A stretch of DNA of 64,000 nt from an uncultured Clostridia bacterium (GTDB lineage Bacteria > Bacillota > Clostridia > TANB77 > CAG-508), in NCBI GenBank assembly GCA_963557785.1, contig CAUWBF010000009.1, positions 715 to 64,714 of the forward strand, in the 5' to 3' direction. How positions within the stretch are numbered: the first letter of the stretch is position 1; each line of letters opens with the position of its first letter. Shown one piece after another: positions 27,813-37,875 of the stretch. A program made the position numbers and the translations under genes. Under the pieces are notes generated by a model that saw only the letters and a program-made list of their open reading frames with translations, did no database searches and had not been told where the DNA came from.

Positions 27813-28526
27813 TTATTTTTTTGATTTCACACTCTTTGCATTGAGATTCCAAGACTTTAAACAATCTTTTGCGATTTGTGCCTTGTCTCTGTTATGCGGT
27901 TTTGTTCCTTGAACTATCTCATTCCAAACAAGCCCCATATTGGTGTATTTGACAAGTTTGATAAGTAAGAACAATTTGTTATTGACTTGCTTTAGTTTCG
28001 GACGAATGCTAAGAACCAGTTTAAGTCTGTCCTCTTCATTCATTTTTTGTGTAATGCAATCTTTAATAATCTTCACAACACCAACACAGGTGTTACCCAA
28101 ATCGACATAGATGTCGTTGCGTTTATTGTGTAAAGCTACTGCAATGGCATTAACCGGTGTATCTCCTATTTGACGTGTCAAGTCTCCCATGTTATCACAT
28201 AGCGTATGAATCTCATAATAAAAGCCGTATGCTTGGGCTGCGTAGGCTATGATATTTCTAAAATCATTAAGATAATCATCAAATTCTTTCAAGCAATTAT
28301 TTACGGATTCAACTTCGCTTTGTAGCCATACATGTCCCTCGGTTTGAGCTGACATTGCTGCCATCTGTTTGGAATACTGCTTTGTTGATGTATTGGTAAA
28401 ACGAATGATCATTCCGGTTAAAACCGGGTCTATCTGAGCGTATGATTTTTGACTGGCAAGACAAAAGGATAGCATCAGTAATAATATATAAAAGTATCGT
28501 TTCATCTTATTTGGCATATATGGCAA
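27813..28526 (-). CDS. secreted hypothetical protein
   Basis: 237 aa with N-terminal signal peptide (LMLSFCLASQKSYAQ). Confidence 0.45.
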   Translation of the reverse strand: MPYMPNKMKRYFYILLLMLSFCLASQKSYAQIDPVLTGMIIRFTNTSTKQYSKQMAAMSAQTEGHVWLQSEVESVNNCLKEFDDYLNDFRNIIAYAAQAYGFYYEIHTLCDNMGDLTRQIGDTPVNAIAVALHNKRNDIYVDLGNTCVGVVKIIKDCITQKMNEEDRLKLVLSIRPKLKQVNNKLFLLIKLVKYTNMGLVWNEIVQGTKPHNRDKAQIAKDCLKSWNLNAKSVKSKK

Positions 28527-29307
28527 CTTCTTTAGCGCATCTTTTCCAATGTGAAAGACTTTGTTCAGCTAATTCTCCTTTTCTCCTGTCTACCATTCCT
28601 GCTGTGGCTCTATACCAGACATCAGCCATCGTATAATGACGAATGCTTAGGTACAATTGGTAAAGACGTGCAGATAGTGATGACAAACGGTCTTCCAGTT
28701 CCCATAGAGATTTTGAACGTTCGGCACCTGTTAGCATATTTGTCTTACCACCTTTAGCAATTGCGTTTTTCAGCAAATTACCTACGCTGACAAATTCCAA
28801 TAGGGTTTCCATGTAAAGGTTATTCATGCTTAGCGTAGCAACAATCCCTTGTGGATTGTTAGATGCTGCTTTGCGCAGTTTGCTTAATGTCAGTAGTATT
28901 CTCATTCCACTGTCATAGATGTGAGTGGCAGCTTTGAGGGAAGAGGCGAAATTCGTAGCGGTTTTTAAATACTTATTGTATTGTTGTTCCCACTTTCTCA
29001 TTTTCGAAAATTCCGCAGCCATTGCATTCTGTATGACACCTGTCTTGGTTTGATGCTTAATTTCGCTTCTGACTGTTTCGTTAATCTGTTGATTACCTTT
29101 AGCTAAAAGGGTTTGTTCACCTACATTAGAAACTACTCCATAGAACCCATAAAAAGATTGAGCATTTGCTCTGGTAGTCATGACGAACAAGAGAATAAGT
29201 GCCAATAGTGAAACAATCAGCCATTGACGCTTATTCTGTCTATTCTGAAAAAGGGATGAAGGATAATCCTCCATTCCCTTATTTTTATTGGTTATTCGTG
29301 AACTCAT
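28507..29307 (-). CDS. membrane-anchored hypothetical protein
   Basis: 266 aa with an N-terminal TM/signal anchor. Confidence 0.45.
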   Translation of the reverse strand: MSSRITNKNKGMEDYPSSLFQNRQNKRQWLIVSLLALILLFVMTTRANAQSFYGFYGVVSNVGEQTLLAKGNQQINETVRSEIKHQTKTGVIQNAMAAEFSKMRKWEQQYNKYLKTATNFASSLKAATHIYDSGMRILLTLSKLRKAASNNPQGIVATLSMNNLYMETLLEFVSVGNLLKNAIAKGGKTNMLTGAERSKSLWELEDRLSSLSARLYQLYLSIRHYTMADVWYRATAGMVDRRKGELAEQSLSHWKRCAKEVAIYAK

Positions 29308-29779
29308 ATATATTACGCCGTTTTTTATTGTATTCGACTCTTTGACGGATAATACTGATTAAATCCATATCATTCTTTATACCAATTAGCTTCAGTTGGG
29401 GATTTGAACGGTCTCCACTGTAAATGGTTATGGTCTTTATGCCAAATACCATCTGTATGAACGACTGATCTTCGCGATAATCAATAACTCGGTATAATTC
29501 AACATAATTCCTTTGTACAGAAAACAGTCCATGTTCTGATTGTATTTGTTCTTCAGTGATGACATATACCATTTTGATGATATAGAAATATTTATATATC
29601 ATGCCGATAATGAAAATGCAACTCAATACCAATATAAAAGGAATGAATTGGGGAATGGGAAATCCATCATAGCCAGCAATAAATATTAAAGCAATTGGAA
29701 TCGGAATTATCAATCCTTCAGTGGCGATAAATTGTTTCCAATGAGGATGTAATCGGATAGGTTGTATTTTCTTGTTCAT
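29285..29779 (-). CDS. integral membrane protein
   Basis: 164 aa with 2-3 TM helices. Confidence 0.45.
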   Translation of the reverse strand: MNKKIQPIRLHPHWKQFIATEGLIIPIPIALIFIAGYDGFPIPQFIPFILVLSCIFIIGMIYKYFYIIKMVYVITEEQIQSEHGLFSVQRNYVELYRVIDYREDQSFIQMVFGIKTITIYSGDRSNPQLKLIGIKNDMDLISIIRQRVEYNKKRRNIYEFTNNQ

Positions 29780-31221
29780 TACCTTTTGAAATTCGTAATT
29801 TTTTTCCGTTCATCACATTCATCAGCAGATAGATTCCCATCATTGTCTATGTCAATTCCCGAATATTCAGACTTGCTCTCTTCCTGGGTATTGTCTGCTT
29901 TGTTGCTTTCTTTCAAGAGCAGATCATTCCAATCCTTAGAACCTGCTTCCGGAATTTCCCGAACAAACGAAACCTTTTCCGTAAATGTCGAAATAGCTGT
30001 ATTTAATTTATTCTTATATTCATCATAGTAAGCCAACGCCTTATCTGCCTGATATTTTAAATCATCAGGATGTATAGAACCGCATTGCTTCATAGAATGC
30101 CATTCCTCTTCTGCAGCTTCGTATGATCCGTATGCTCTTCGCAAATTTTCTGGCAACAAATCTGTATCTCCGGACAAATTATTGTCAGGTTTTGATAGCG
30201 ATTTGATGTAGTCAAGAAGTTGAGGACCTGATTCTGTACTTTTAGATTTGACATAGAACAATTCATTTTTGAAATTCTCAACAAACTGATTTCCTGCCAA
30301 ATCATTGTCAAAACAAAGATGGTGTGTAGCTTTCGAAGCTTCATTTATTACACCCCTGAATTGCATAACAGTCGGATTTCCACCGGTGGAAACAAATACG
30401 GCCTTATTCAGACTACTGTCATGTTGTGCATTAAGCTGATAGTATGCCATAGCATCATAGGCACTCTCAAACCATAGCACTTTTTCTGCTGATTTAAGTT
30501 CGGTATTGTTAGGGCTGGCAATCCATAAACCTTCACTTGAATTGCTTCCTCTTGCTTTACCTTTATAACCACTACTACCATCCAGACGTGCGCGTCCTCG
30601 TTCTTCAAAACCCACGATGTCTTTCAAATCAGTTGATTTAGCATCAGTTTTTCCCGGTATTCGGAGTGGGAAAGAAAGATTCTTGAAGTAAGTTCCATTT
30701 TCTTTTCGCAGGGTTGCTAATAAAAAATGCTGTCCGAACGCTTTCTGTGTATTGGTGTTAATACCACGATTTACGAAATACGGATAAAACTGTTTGATAT
30801 TGTCAAAGTTGTATTTTTGAAAATGTAATAATTCATAATCCCTTATATTGAAATCCTTTACTTGTGGGGATGATTTAATAATAGGATGAACCGTTCGGTC
30901 AATAGGGTTATTCAACAATCTGTTACAGACAAGATTAACCAAACGATAAGGATCCATACCTGCTTGATAATCTTTAAAAAGATGGGGGTGCTCAGTAATG
31001 AATGAGATTACGTTGTACACTTTTTTTTCAGGAGGTTGGAAACAGGTTTGACGTGAAGGGTACACAATAAATTTGTCTCCTTTCACATGATGACCACTGC
31101 TGTCCGGTCGAACATAAGCCGGATAGCGGATGCCGTCTTTGCGATTAAACACATAGCCTACATCCATGAGTAAGTCCTGAATATCAATTCTTTTTATAAA
31201 ATCATCAAATGTCAGTTCCAT
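29779..31221 (-). CDS. Toprim-domain protein (primase-like)
   Basis: Toprim motifs ESAYDAMAYYQL and CFDNDLAGNQF. Confidence 0.6.
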   Translation of the reverse strand: MELTFDDFIKRIDIQDLLMDVGYVFNRKDGIRYPAYVRPDSSGHHVKGDKFIVYPSRQTCFQPPEKKVYNVISFITEHPHLFKDYQAGMDPYRLVNLVCNRLLNNPIDRTVHPIIKSSPQVKDFNIRDYELLHFQKYNFDNIKQFYPYFVNRGINTNTQKAFGQHFLLATLRKENGTYFKNLSFPLRIPGKTDAKSTDLKDIVGFEERGRARLDGSSGYKGKARGSNSSEGLWIASPNNTELKSAEKVLWFESAYDAMAYYQLNAQHDSSLNKAVFVSTGGNPTVMQFRGVINEASKATHHLCFDNDLAGNQFVENFKNELFYVKSKSTESGPQLLDYIKSLSKPDNNLSGDTDLLPENLRRAYGSYEAAEEEWHSMKQCGSIHPDDLKYQADKALAYYDEYKNKLNTAISTFTEKVSFVREIPEAGSKDWNDLLLKESNKADNTQEESKSEYSGIDIDNDGNLSADECDERKKITNFKR

Positions 31222-31246
31222 TGCGGATTCTTTTTGTGGTTATTAT

Positions 31247-32923
31247 CTATCTTCCCCGATTCATATCCAAATTATTCAATGTTGCATTTACTCCTGCATC
31301 GTAAGCTCTCTTTGCCAAATCTTCCGGTCTTTCAAGTCCCGGCTTGAAATATACAAAGTCGCTTTTATGGGTTTCGTGATATATTTCAGGGCGTGGATGT
31401 GGATTCTTGATATGGGATATGTTATGGGCTATATCTGCACCTAAATAGGTTGCTTCGCTTAATGCGGTAAGACCGGCAGCCAAGAAAGCTCCCAAATTGA
31501 ATTTCTCGCGCATTTCCGGACGTGTCTTCATATCAACTTCGCTAAATACTTTCGACATCATGCGTTGACGCTGATAGTCATCCACGGCCATGAATTTGTC
31601 GTATTGTCTTTTCGAAATTTCGTGACTGACTACAGTTCCATTGATTACGGCACTCATCTTATAGGTAACTTCGGAATCTTTTTCCTTCTGCTTACCTTTT
31701 TGCTCATCAGAACTTGCCTTGGATGTTAAAGCGGTCTGTTCATTGGTCAAAGACTTTATTTTTTCGACCCAAATATCTCCAACTTCAACTTCACGGCCAT
31801 GCTTACCTTCACGATACCAACCTTTACTCTCATTTAAAGCTTGTAAATTCTGTCCGTTAACATAGCCCTCTTCAGGATTTGTCGTTGGAGCCATACGAGC
31901 TTCTGCTACTACTTCTTCCTTTAAAGTTGCATCGTTATTAGTATATAGACTTTCAGCTTGTTGGGTTTCAATAGAGGAGGGGATTGGTTTAACTGTAATG
32001 GAAATGCTTTCCTTGCTGTTAAGCATATCCATTGTTACTTTTTCATTGAAGTCATTACCGATATAGCTATTGATAATATCTAAACGCTCGTTTATGGGTG
32101 TTGACTTCAAAGAATTGTCGGTCAACTTCTTGAAATCTTCTTCAGATAAGTTGTATTCGAAATCCTGTGTAGTCCCTTTTGACAAAACCGTCATGCTCTT
32201 CTTTGATTCATCTATGATGATGCCGTGCGAAGACAAAATTTCTTGCCATTTCTCATTGGAAAAATAGACAGGAGAAGTAATAAGCTCTTTATAGGGCTTT
32301 GCCGGTTCGGTTGGTCTTGGAGTGGCTTTAACTTCCGGAAAGATTTCTTGCAGATCTTCCAGAGGATCACGTTGTACTGAAGGTTTTTGAGATCCTTTGT
32401 AATAGTAACCGTAAGCACCGCTTTTAAGCTCACCGGGACGAATACGCCCATCGAAATGTTCAGGCACCATCACGGTACCGCCTACACGTCGCAGGTGAAA
32501 TCCGGGTTGCATGGAAGGACGCATTCCTAAATATCCGGGAGGTATGGCACGAGGGGGGGATAAGGTGCTGTTACCCGGATAGGTTTCGCGATAGCCATGT
32601 AAACCCATTGCAACAAGGCCATTTACATTGCGTGCAGCTACAAAGCTACTTGGTACATCGAAATCTTTACCTACAATGCTGTTGAACGTATTATAGGCTT
32701 TCTTATTTGAATAATTTGAGCCACCATCAGATAGTGCCTGAAATTGTCTTTCAGTAATCGGATATTCCAAAACAGGGGAGTCATGTCCTTGAACGATAAG
32801 AACATACTTATCTTCAACCAAAGCAACTTGGGCACGCATACCATTCCTGTGCAATACATCTTGCAACTGATACGATAACTCGCCTCTGTATCTGGTGGCC
32901 ATCGCTTCTGAACGAATGCTCAT
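31247..32923 (-). CDS. large hypothetical protein (conjugative-element associated)
   Basis: 558-aa ORF with no catalytic motif recognised; call rests on operon context only. Confidence 0.45.
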   Translation of the reverse strand: MSIRSEAMATRYRGELSYQLQDVLHRNGMRAQVALVEDKYVLIVQGHDSPVLEYPITERQFQALSDGGSNYSNKKAYNTFNSIVGKDFDVPSSFVAARNVNGLVAMGLHGYRETYPGNSTLSPPRAIPPGYLGMRPSMQPGFHLRRVGGTVMVPEHFDGRIRPGELKSGAYGYYYKGSQKPSVQRDPLEDLQEIFPEVKATPRPTEPAKPYKELITSPVYFSNEKWQEILSSHGIIIDESKKSMTVLSKGTTQDFEYNLSEEDFKKLTDNSLKSTPINERLDIINSYIGNDFNEKVTMDMLNSKESISITVKPIPSSIETQQAESLYTNNDATLKEEVVAEARMAPTTNPEEGYVNGQNLQALNESKGWYREGKHGREVEVGDIWVEKIKSLTNEQTALTSKASSDEQKGKQKEKDSEVTYKMSAVINGTVVSHEISKRQYDKFMAVDDYQRQRMMSKVFSEVDMKTRPEMREKFNLGAFLAAGLTALSEATYLGADIAHNISHIKNPHPRPEIYHETHKSDFVYFKPGLERPEDLAKRAYDAGVNATLNNLDMNRGR

Positions 32924-32934
32924 ATTTCACTTCT

Positions 32935-33147
32935 TTAGTTTCCTATACTTTCTTCAAATAAAGCCTCACGGTAATCCATAAAGGCAATGGCAGCAGTTTC
33001 AGAATGAGGGTCGAGAGATTCATTCTTGCAAAAATCGTAATATTCTTCACTCATTTCGTCTGACTGCTGAGTCACAAAATCAACGGCTGAAATATTGCCA
33101 GCTTGATATTCCTCACATAGTGTTTCGTAATCGGGATAATTTTTCAT
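32935..33147 (-). CDS. small acidic hypothetical protein
   Basis: 70-aa ORF in operon. Confidence 0.4.
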   Translation of the reverse strand: MKNYPDYETLCEEYQAGNISAVDFVTQQSDEMSEEYYDFCKNESLDPHSETAAIAFMDYREALFEESIGN

Positions 33148-33168
33148 ACTTCTTATTTTATTTGTGAA

Positions 33169-34014
33169 TTATCGATTTTGTTGTCTTGTAGATGATGGAA
33201 AATCCATTGATTGTTCAATTTGTTCGGATTGTTCCATGAAGTTTCCTTCTTGATTTTCCTGTGACATACGCTCCAGAGCTTCTTCTATTTCTTCAGTAAA
33301 ATCGCTCTCTTCAACATAAGACAACAGACCGCTCCTTTTTACCCAACAGCCGTCATTGCCAAAAGAGTAATCGGGAATCTGAAGCCGAACGGCTCTGTCC
33401 CAATCTTCAGCATTGCCATAAACAACCATCACACCGGTTTTTGAAAACAAATCAATGCCAATAGTCAATTCAACAGGTTGGTCTTCATCGAAAATATCAC
33501 TTTCTATAGTGGCTGTTTTTCCTTTCCAAAATGATTCCAGAACTTCTTCAGAAAGATTAAATTCCTGACCAATAGAACTGAGATTACGGCCTATGATTTG
33601 GGAAGGGGTATATACTACATTATTCGTATCAGGGTCTATTTGGACGAAGACTTTGATACGTTGAGAAGATGCAGCATCATTTTCATTGCTCTCCATAATA
33701 TCCGCAACAATGGCTTTACCTGAAAGAAGCAATTGTTTTTCTTCCTCCGAAAATTGATTCAAATCTAATTGCTCTAATTTGGGAGAGAACAACAAATTTA
33801 CTCCTTCATCTGTTTCAATCAGACAGAATTTTGCATAGCATCTTGTATATCCATTTGGTTGCTCAATCTTAATGGGAAGCAGAGGTGAAAAAGCACCTCT
33901 TTGCAATCTTAGGTGAACTGATTCGGGTAAATCCAAAATCATTTGAGCCGTTAAACCAAATTCTTCCAAGATGGCAAACGGATAGTCCTCACGATGAAAT
34001 AAAATATCTGACAT
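33169..34014 (-). CDS. acidic hypothetical protein
   Basis: 281 aa, Asp/Glu-rich. Confidence 0.45.
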   Translation of the reverse strand: MSDILFHREDYPFAILEEFGLTAQMILDLPESVHLRLQRGAFSPLLPIKIEQPNGYTRCYAKFCLIETDEGVNLLFSPKLEQLDLNQFSEEEKQLLLSGKAIVADIMESNENDAASSQRIKVFVQIDPDTNNVVYTPSQIIGRNLSSIGQEFNLSEEVLESFWKGKTATIESDIFDEDQPVELTIGIDLFSKTGVMVVYGNAEDWDRAVRLQIPDYSFGNDGCWVKRSGLLSYVEESDFTEEIEEALERMSQENQEGNFMEQSEQIEQSMDFPSSTRQQNR

Positions 34015-34228
34015 AATCGTTTATTTTAATATTCTTTGTAGCAAAGGTAATTTTAAATTCGGACGTGAAGAACCTGAAGGAGTAAAACCTATATATTTAG
34101 ATATAAGATTTAATTTTTGGTTCTAAACACAATGCTTGGTAGAACCAAAATATCTAAAATACAATGATTTATGAATTTTACAAGAACCTATTTGTTCCTA
34201 GTTGGACTGAATTGTGTAATTTCACGGC

Positions 34229-34939
34229 ATGAAAATATTTTTACCCCTTTTCTTTCTCTTTTTTTCAGAGACTTCATTTGCGCAATTCAATACAATCAAG
34301 CAAGGAACAAATAACTATAAAGTGAAGGTTTTAGAAATTGAAAAAGATGGCAAAACAATTGATGCGAGAGCTATTGATTTCTTAAAAAATGAACCTGAAA
34401 AATCAGATTCATTAAAGGTCGATTCTCTTACAGAGAAATATGCACATTTAAGTATAGAAGAACTACGATTTTTTATAAAGGAATTAGAGGCTGCCTTGGA
34501 AAAACAAAACAAACATAAGAAAACTCTCCCTAAACAAATCCACAAACTCTATGAAGGGAAAAATCACCACCTAAACATACAAAACCTATTACAAGTCATG
34601 ACAGAAGTCGGCTTGTCTAACAAACTATTTGTAATGGCCCAAGCTGTATTGGAAACAGGAAATTTTAAAAGCCGGGTTTGTCGTGAATACAACAACCTCT
34701 TTGGATTATATGATAGTCGGCACAAAGACTATTTTCGATTTGAAAAATGGGAGGACTCTGTTGTCGGCTATCAAAAAATGATTCAGCGCAGATACAAGGG
34801 AGGAAACTACCTTCGATTCTTGAAGCAGATACGGTATGCGGAAGACCCTAAATATATTCCCAAAATAGCCAAAACTGCTAAGTGGCTGTATGAAGAAAAC
34901 GAACATTTATTTCAAACAAAATCATCTGTAAGTAGCTAA
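34229..34939 (+). CDS. GH73-family glucosaminidase (FlgJ-like) with signal peptide
   Basis: AQAVLETGNFKSRVCREYNNLFGL matches the GH73 catalytic region; N-terminal signal peptide. Confidence 0.68.
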   Translation: MKIFLPLFFLFFSETSFAQFNTIKQGTNNYKVKVLEIEKDGKTIDARAIDFLKNEPEKSDSLKVDSLTEKYAHLSIEELRFFIKELEAALEKQNKHKKTLPKQIHKLYEGKNHHLNIQNLLQVMTEVGLSNKLFVMAQAVLETGNFKSRVCREYNNLFGLYDSRHKDYFRFEKWEDSVVGYQKMIQRRYKGGNYLRFLKQIRYAEDPKYIPKIAKTAKWLYEENEHLFQTKSSVSS

Positions 34940-34940
34940 A

Positions 34941-35651
34941 ATGAGGGAAAGAAATTTGGCTGTATCAGAAAATATTTGTAACTTTGTGTTGGGTAAAAGC
35001 TCGATATTCGTTTCTATGATATTCGTTAGCGTTTTTGATGTATGTGTTGCCCAAAATCGCGTTAATGGTACATTTAATACGGTCGGATATGTAGCCAACA
35101 ATCCGAAGGTGTATGTATTGCCAGAAGATTCTATATCAACTGACGGTGATGAAGATGTGGAAGCGACAAAAGAGCAGAGCTTGGATTCTATACCAACAAA
35201 TGTAATAAAGAGCCGTATATCCAATGTGTCATTCCCATTGAAGGATATTTGGATTACCTCTCCATTTGGGATACGGAAGGATCCGATGAATAGGAAAAGA
35301 CGGAGAATGCACAATGGACTGGATTTGAGAGCTAAATATGAGCCGGTATATGCCATGATGCCTGGTGTGATAACAGCTGTGTCCTTTTCTAAGAATGGAG
35401 GATATTACGTAACAGTAAATCATGGAATATGTGTATGCTCGTATTTGCACCTATCTAAGATTCTTGTAAGGCGTGGTCAAAGAGTTCAGGCAGGACAAAT
35501 GGTTGCGATAAGCGGAAACTCTGGAAAAAGGACTACCGGACCGCATTTACATATAACTTGTAGATGGGGGAACGAAAAAGGTAAATTCTTTAACCCTGTT
35601 GTGCTGCTCAACTTTGTCGCAGATGAATTGTTGAACAATTTAAAATCTTGA
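34941..35651 (+). CDS. M23-family peptidase
   Basis: HNGLDLRA...SGNSGKRTTGPHLHI (HxxxD and HxH). Adjacent to the GH73 gene. Confidence 0.78.
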   Translation: MRERNLAVSENICNFVLGKSSIFVSMIFVSVFDVCVAQNRVNGTFNTVGYVANNPKVYVLPEDSISTDGDEDVEATKEQSLDSIPTNVIKSRISNVSFPLKDIWITSPFGIRKDPMNRKRRRMHNGLDLRAKYEPVYAMMPGVITAVSFSKNGGYYVTVNHGICVCSYLHLSKILVRRGQRVQAGQMVAISGNSGKRTTGPHLHITCRWGNEKGKFFNPVVLLNFVADELLNNLKS

Positions 35652-35830
35652 TTATGGAATTAATCATCATTATGATCATCGTGATTGCCATTGCGCGGTC
35701 AGAGAAACCTAAGAAAGAATTAAAAAAGAAAAAGCGCAAGAAAAGGGGATCGTTTTTGAATATGTTCTTTTTTAGAGAAAAATCCTTTTATGAAAGACAG
35801 TGCGATGATGGTAGTAAATTTTATGAGTAA
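35648..35830 (+). CDS. small basic protein
   Basis: 60 aa with an N-terminal TM and a KKELKKKKRKKRG tail. Confidence 0.3.
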   Translation: MIMELIIIMIIVIAIARSEKPKKELKKKKRKKRGSFLNMFFFREKSFYERQCDDGSKFYE

Positions 35831-35956
35831 TTTGAAAATAAATAGTTTTTTTGGATTCAATATTGTGTGTCTATAGAATTGTTTACGCACGAGAGCCAAG
35901 TGTGTACCAGTTGCTAATGCTTGCAACATCAAGGATTTTGGCTTGAAACCGCACGC

Positions 35957-35985
35957 AGGAAAGCTGACCTCGTGTCCTAAAAAGC
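35957..35985. repeat. left copy of a 27-28-nt inverted repeat pair (partner at 60757..60787)
   Basis: GACCTCGTGTCCTAAAAAGCCGTGGCAG here; the partner's reverse complement is GACCTTGTGTCCTAAAAAGCCGTGGCAG (1 mismatch). Confidence 0.5.
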
Positions 35986-36399
35986 CGTGGCAGAAAAAAA
36001 AGGGAACGACAGTCTTAAAAGCTCATAGGAGGTGTGAGTAACTCCTAAACCGCATTTTGTATTCCATTACTTCTTTGCGGTAACTCACTGTTGATTTTTG
36101 AGAAGGAGTCGATATTTGTTTTCTACAATGTCGCTCCTTTTTTGATAATCGTTAATCCACGGATGGTTGATCATTATATACAGGTTGATTGACAAGCCCT
36201 TTCCCCGAAAAAAAGGATGGGCTTGTTTTTATATGGATTCACATTGCTCCCCTAAACTTTTACTTCGATAGATGTCTATAGATGTTAAGTTGTAATTTGT
36301 TCTGTAAATATATATCGCTTTTTTGTGCTGATAGTATTAAATATATAGAATACAACAATTAATGTAAATATAATTTGGTTCTATTTTATAGGAATTTTG

Positions 36400-36407
36400 T
36401 ATCTTTG
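36400..36407 (+). promoter_or_regulatory. Bacteroides-type -7 promoter element TAnnTTTG
   Basis: TATCTTTG about 28 nt upstream of the MKKITLL start codon. Confidence 0.4.
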
Positions 36408-36435
36408 CAGCATCAAAAATCAATATATCATACAA

Positions 36436-37251
36436 ATGAAAAAAATAACACTTTTATTAGCACTGTTTTTATCAGTAACTTCAATCTCAGCTTATGCTGA
36501 CTCAGTAAAAGCAATAGTAGAAAACAATGAATCAGTCACTTCGAATGTACAGCAAAATCAGATTTCAAACCAGTCTTTAGAGGCTGATTCTTTAACCCTG
36601 GATGAACCTGAATTTGTTAATAGTTATTGTATATTGACAAGCGATTCTACTTATACAGTGCTACCTAAAGAAACAGGTATTGTCGGACCTCATAAGAATA
36701 AAACTACAAGTTTGCTCGGTAAAATCGGTAAGATTGCTGATGCAGCCAGTGCCATTGGTGGACTTGGTTCTGCAGTAGGACTAAGCGCAAATAGCTCAAA
36801 AACTGTCTTGTCTGGAGTAAAGGCTTCCATGACGGCTATGAGCGTCAGCGATGTGGCTGATGCAGCCAGTGCTTTGACAGGAGCAGTAGGTATGGATATT
36901 ATATTCTCGGGTAAGGCCTCGTCTTTCAATTATAAAAAGAATGGTCAAGATATTTGTATTTTGATTAAGGCTGAAAATAACGAATATGATCCACATAGCC
37001 TTTATCGTCTGGTTAAATTTTCAACCACTAAGAAAGAAAGACGTATTCAGTGGCTTCAGATAGATTCTGGTGTAATTGACGAAGATGCAAAGAACAAAGG
37101 TTATATACCGTTTCATGCAGAGAAATATGGCAAGCAGTCTTATTTGTTGACAATTCCTTCTTCCTGTGTTGAAAAAGGCGAATATGGAATTGTTTTCATG
37201 GGTGTTGAATCTGTTCAGCATATACCGGTAGCAACTTTCAGCATTTCTTGA
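36436..37251 (+). CDS. secreted hypothetical protein with internal Ala/Ser/Gly-rich repeat
   Basis: Start reset to MKKITLLLALFLSVTSISAYA signal peptide; repeated ADAASA.GG motifs. Confidence 0.5.
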   Translation: MKKITLLLALFLSVTSISAYADSVKAIVENNESVTSNVQQNQISNQSLEADSLTLDEPEFVNSYCILTSDSTYTVLPKETGIVGPHKNKTTSLLGKIGKIADAASAIGGLGSAVGLSANSSKTVLSGVKASMTAMSVSDVADAASALTGAVGMDIIFSGKASSFNYKKNGQDICILIKAENNEYDPHSLYRLVKFSTTKKERRIQWLQIDSGVIDEDAKNKGYIPFHAEKYGKQSYLLTIPSSCVEKGEYGIVFMGVESVQHIPVATFSIS

Positions 37252-37444
37252 TTTTTATGAAATTCATAACTAAGGGTACAACACATAATCTAATGGATTT
37301 TTCTAAATTTAATAGTTTGTAAAGTTTCCATGTGGGTTCAGATTTCTAATCGAAGTCTGAACCTTTTTTCTTTGTAAGACTTTGTTTGACTTTGGGAGAT
37401 GGTAATTACTCCCTTTTTACAAATGTGTGTTTAATGACAATTCC

Positions 37445-37699
37445 TTATTCCTCATTGAGGATAGGGACTTGTTTCTTGCTTTTTGTACATGATATGAGCT
37501 TAGATTGTTTAATAATAGCTTTCTTGGTAAAAATAGTTCCATTCCCAGAAAGACCTGCATGAAGGAGATAATTTTTGGTAGCTCCGACTTGTTCAGCTTT
37601 AAGAGTCGTATAGACTGCTGATATGCTGCTAAAATACCAATCTTTACGTTTTGAATTGTCTATGCTATGAAATAAGTGAACATGTACAACTTTTGCCAT
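37445..37699 (-). CDS. small hypothetical protein
   Basis: 84-aa ORF; weak. Confidence 0.25.
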   Translation of the reverse strand: MAKVVHVHLFHSIDNSKRKDWYFSSISAVYTTLKAEQVGATKNYLLHAGLSGNGTIFTKKAIIKQSKLISCTKSKKQVPILNEE

Positions 37700-37875
37700 A
37701 AATAGAAATTTTCAGCAAATATACTAAATAATTACTATTTGGTATATTTTCAATAATCATTAAATATGATAATAATGCTTGTTTGTAAATATGTAAGATT
37801 GGATTGAATTTGTATTTTTGTAGTACAAAAGAGGAAGAAACAATTCTTTAGTAATCAACCTAAACCTCTCTAAAT

